From an uncultured Chloroflexia bacterium (GTDB taxonomy: Bacteria > Chloroflexota > Dehalococcoidia > UBA2979): DNA of 64,000 nt. The stretch covers positions 768,001 through 832,000 of the forward strand of contig CAVSIV010000006.1 in assembly GCA_963728205.1 (NCBI GenBank), written 5' to 3'. The notes beneath the pieces are model-generated. The model ran no database searches. It saw only the letters and a program-made list of their open reading frames with translations, and was not told the DNA's origin. The position numbers and the translations under genes are program-made. Positions 61,424 through 64,000 of the stretch are shown here, in pieces; position 1 is the first letter of the stretch; every line of letters begins with the position of its first letter.

Positions 61424-61699
61424 ATGCCAGACGCTCCGGCCCGACACAAAGTGGTCAGAACCCTCGCGCGAGGGCAGGTCACCATCCCCAACGAATTCCG
61501 CCGCGCACTCGGGATCGAAGCCGAGACGATGCTCAGCGTCACGCTCGTCGGCGACCACCTCGAGATCGCCCCCGTGCGGGTCCCGAGCGACCTGCGCCGG
61601 TACACGGACGAGGACATCGCCCGCTTCCTCGAAGAGGATCGCCTCGACGAAGAGACGGCGAGGCGCGTCCGCAAGCTCATCGAGCGCGGCTCCAGCTAG
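61424..61699 (+). CDS. AbrB/MazE/SpoVT-family antitoxin
   Basis: RGQVTIPNEFRRALGIE..L.V..LEIAP; GGAGG RBS. Confidence 0.88.
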   Translation: MPDAPARHKVVRTLARGQVTIPNEFRRALGIEAETMLSVTLVGDHLEIAPVRVPSDLRRYTDEDIARFLEEDRLDEETARRVRKLIERGSS

Positions 61700-61700
61700 C

Positions 61701-62141
61701 GTGGCGCCGGCACGGGGACTCGTCTTCCTCGACGCGAGCGTCCTCGTCGCCGCCGCGCACTCCCCCACCGGCGGCTCCGCCGCCGCGCTGCTGGTGTGCG
61801 GAGGGCCGCGCTTTCGCGGCGCTGTCACGATGCGCGTGCTCGAGGAGGCGCGCCTGAACGTCGCCGAGAAGTTCCCCGGCGGGGATCTCGCGCGGTTCTA
61901 CCAGCAGCTCGCGGCGCTCGAGCCGGAGATCGTTCCGCCGCCGCCGGCGGAACTCCTCGCCGAGTGCGTTCCGCTGACCACGGAGAAGGACGCCCACGTG
62001 CTCGCCGGCGCGCTCGGCTGCCGCGCCGCGTACCTGCTCACGCTCGACCGCCGCCACCTGCTGACGCGCGCGGTGGGCGAGGCGGCCCTGTCGACGCGCG
62101 TGCTCACGCCGGGCACGTTTCTGCAGGAGCTGCTGGCGTAA
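61701..62141 (+). CDS. PIN-domain toxin
   Basis: VFLDASVLVAA..SPTG, VLEEARLN, KDAHVLA.A, LLTLDRRH, LTPG.F. Confidence 0.88.
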   Translation: MAPARGLVFLDASVLVAAAHSPTGGSAAALLVCGGPRFRGAVTMRVLEEARLNVAEKFPGGDLARFYQQLAALEPEIVPPPPAELLAECVPLTTEKDAHVLAGALGCRAAYLLTLDRRHLLTRAVGEAALSTRVLTPGTFLQELLA

Positions 62142-62152
62142 GCCCGGCGCCG

Positions 62153-62619
62153 CACAGCGGCGGCAGACATGACGCCGGCAGGTGCACGGCGCGAGCCGCG
62201 CGGTGGCCTGCGGTTGCGTCGGCGGCGGACGCCGCCCGTCTGTCGGCGGCATGTCTGCCGCCGCTGTGGACGGAACGGTGACCGCCGCGGCGGCCTGCGG
62301 TTGCGTCGGTGGCGGACGCCGTCCGTCTGTCGGCGGCATGTCTGCCGCCGCTGTGGACGGAACGGTGACCGCCGCGGTGGCCTGCGGTTGCGTCGGTGGC
62401 GGACGCCGCCCGTCTGTCGGCGGCATGTCTGCCGCCGCTTTGGACGGAACGGTGACCGCCGCGGCGGCCTGCGGTTGCGCCGGCGGCGGACGCCGCCCGT
62501 CTGTCGGCGGCATGTCTGCCGCCGCTGTGGACGGAACGATGACCGCCGCGGCCGCCTGCGGTTGCGTCGGTGGCGGACGCCGTCCGTCTGTCGGCGGCAC
62601 ATGTCTGCCGCCGCTGTGG
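62153..62619. repeat. REP-A left arm (62153-62180) followed by an 87-bp tandem array x~5, each unit containing a REP-A
   Basis: REP starts at 62242, 62329, 62416, 62503 and 62590 (period 87). Confidence 0.95.
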
Positions 62620-62647
62620 GCGGCCGCCGCGGCGCGCGTGCCGGCAG

Positions 62648-63478
62648 CTACAGGATCGTGACGAGCACCACCGTGTTCGCCGGCACGTCGTCGCCGGGGA
62701 ACGCGAGCGCGAAGCCCTGGTTCACGAACGCCGGCGCGCCGACCACCAGCACCACCGGCACGCCGTTCACGTACGCCGTCACCGACGTCGCCCCGGCGGC
62801 GGCGGCCGCGGACTCCACCTGCTCCACCGTCCCGCCCTGCCAGATGGCCGCGTTCACGCCGGTCAGCGTCAGCGGCCGGTCGAACGTGCCGGGGCCGCCG
62901 GTCGGCGCCGGCGTCCCCGTGGCGGTCGCGGTGGGCGTGGCCGTGGCGGTCGCCGACGGGGTCGGCGTGGCCGTCGCCACCGTCGACGGCAGCGTGATCG
63001 AGATCGTCGCGAAGTTCGAGGTCAGCCCGCCGTTGGTGAACGTGAAGCCGAACGCGTCGGTGCCGATGGCGTTCGCCACCGGCGTGTACTTCACCTCGGC
63101 CGTGCAGGAGATCGACGTCGACGCGCCGCTCTGCGGCACGTTCTGCGTGCACGTCACCGCCGCGATCGGCGCGAGCGTGCCCTTCGCCGGGAAGCTCGCG
63201 ATCGCGAACGACGGGTCGTTCGCCGCCGCCTGCTGCGACGCGTTCAGCACCACCGTGACCGGCGCCGGCGGATACGTCGACCCGATCGTGATCGACCCGT
63301 CCTGCGCGACCGGTGAGCCCGGCGCCGGCGTCGCGGTCGGGGTCGCCGTCGGCGTCGCGGTGGCGGTGGCGGTCGGAGTCGGCGTGGGTGTCGGCGTCTG
63401 CGCGCCGGTCAGCGCGGGCAGCGCGACGAGCAGCGCCAGCGCGACCACGGCGCCGGCGAACGGGATGCGATAGCGCAT
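62648..63478 (-). CDS. Secreted protein, paralog of 60347-61060, with Thr/Pro linkers
   Basis: Signal peptide, TP/TA linkers, FAIASFPAKGTL..YTP...GTDAF.F..TNGGLTS, C-terminus TFDRPLTLTGVNAAIWQGGTV..VGAPAFVN.GF...FP. Confidence 0.8.
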   Translation of the reverse strand: MRYRIPFAGAVVALALLVALPALTGAQTPTPTPTPTATATATPTATPTATPAPGSPVAQDGSITIGSTYPPAPVTVVLNASQQAAANDPSFAIASFPAKGTLAPIAAVTCTQNVPQSGASTSISCTAEVKYTPVANAIGTDAFGFTFTNGGLTSNFATISITLPSTVATATPTPSATATATPTATATGTPAPTGGPGTFDRPLTLTGVNAAIWQGGTVEQVESAAAAAGATSVTAYVNGVPVVLVVGAPAFVNQGFALAFPGDDVPANTVVLVTIL

Positions 63479-63575
63479 GAGCGACTCCGAACGGCTGCCC
63501 CCGCCGAGGCAATCCTACACCCACAACGGATCAGGTTCCCGATCCGTTCCGCCTGGCGTGGCTCCGCGGCAGCCA

Positions 63576-63604
63576 CAGCGGCGTCAGACAGCCGCCACAG
63601 GCCG
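63576..63604. repeat. Degenerate REP-A arm
   Basis: cacagcggcgtcagacagccgccacaggccg versus cacagcggcggcagacatgccgccgacaggccg at 60223. Confidence 0.6.
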
Positions 63605-64000
63605 GCGCCCGCAAGGCGCCGCGGGTCGCGGCCGCTCCCGTCGCCCATCTGTCGGTGCCCCTTCGGCTCCGCTCAGGGCAGGCTGAGTCTCACGCCGCTC
63701 TGGCGAATCAGGCGTCGACGGCTACCGCCGACCGCGATCGCGCAGTCCCTGAGATCAACCCCGCTGCGTCTGCCTGCTCGTGAAGGCGGTCGTGGCGGCG
63801 ATCCGGACACCGAGCCGAGAAAGTCGTCCGGCCCCGGACGCGATGTGGCCAGAGGATGATCGAGCGCTTGCACAGGGCGCCCAGGTCTGACGCCTCGTTG
63901 GGCCGCGAGATGGTACACTGCGAGCGTGGCACTGATGCCACGCTCCGATCGAAGGGCTCACAAGATGCCGAAACGATCAGCCGCCAACTTCCACAAGCGC

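Noticed and set aside
62199-62619. CRISPR-like repeat/spacer array with 87-bp period
   Set aside because: The inter-REP segments are near-identical to each other, so this is a tandem duplication.
63673-64000. Short ORFs at the right edge
   Set aside because: No motifs and truncated context; cannot be assigned.

Overview
Very GC-rich bacterial chromosome segment. Gene content (gyrA, thiL-tsaE..tsaB-ndk, rsfS, mnmA, class F sortase, tandem CaiB CoA-transferases, leaderless genes) suggests Chloroflexota/Dehalococcoidia; this is inference, not a search result. Scattered single-base frameshifts look like long-read consensus errors. Housekeeping genes and three tRNAs (Pro-CGG, Ser-CGA, Ser-GGA) are interleaved with accessory signalling and glycan genes and two PIN-type toxin-antitoxin pairs. 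The most striking structure is a two-enzyme REP/RAYT system. Two HUH/Y1 REP-associated tyrosine transposases (15985-16539, 25095-25652) are each bracketed by a perfect inverted repeat of a different hairpin family: REP-A GTCGGCGGCATGTCTGCCGCCGCT and REP-B TCGAGCGGCAG-N8-CTGCCGATC. Both families lack the canonical GTAG tetranucleotide and recur across the window as inverted doublets. Tandem amplifications repeatedly abut or include these REPs (27 bp x32, 87 bp x5, 30 bp x4, 44 bp x2.5, 10 bp x~9, 7 bp x2), which suggests REP-primed local amplification. A second candidate novelty is a SARP/BTAD activator fused to a LexA-type S24 peptidase, in a locus with 11-bp-phased GT(G/C/A)ACG boxes.
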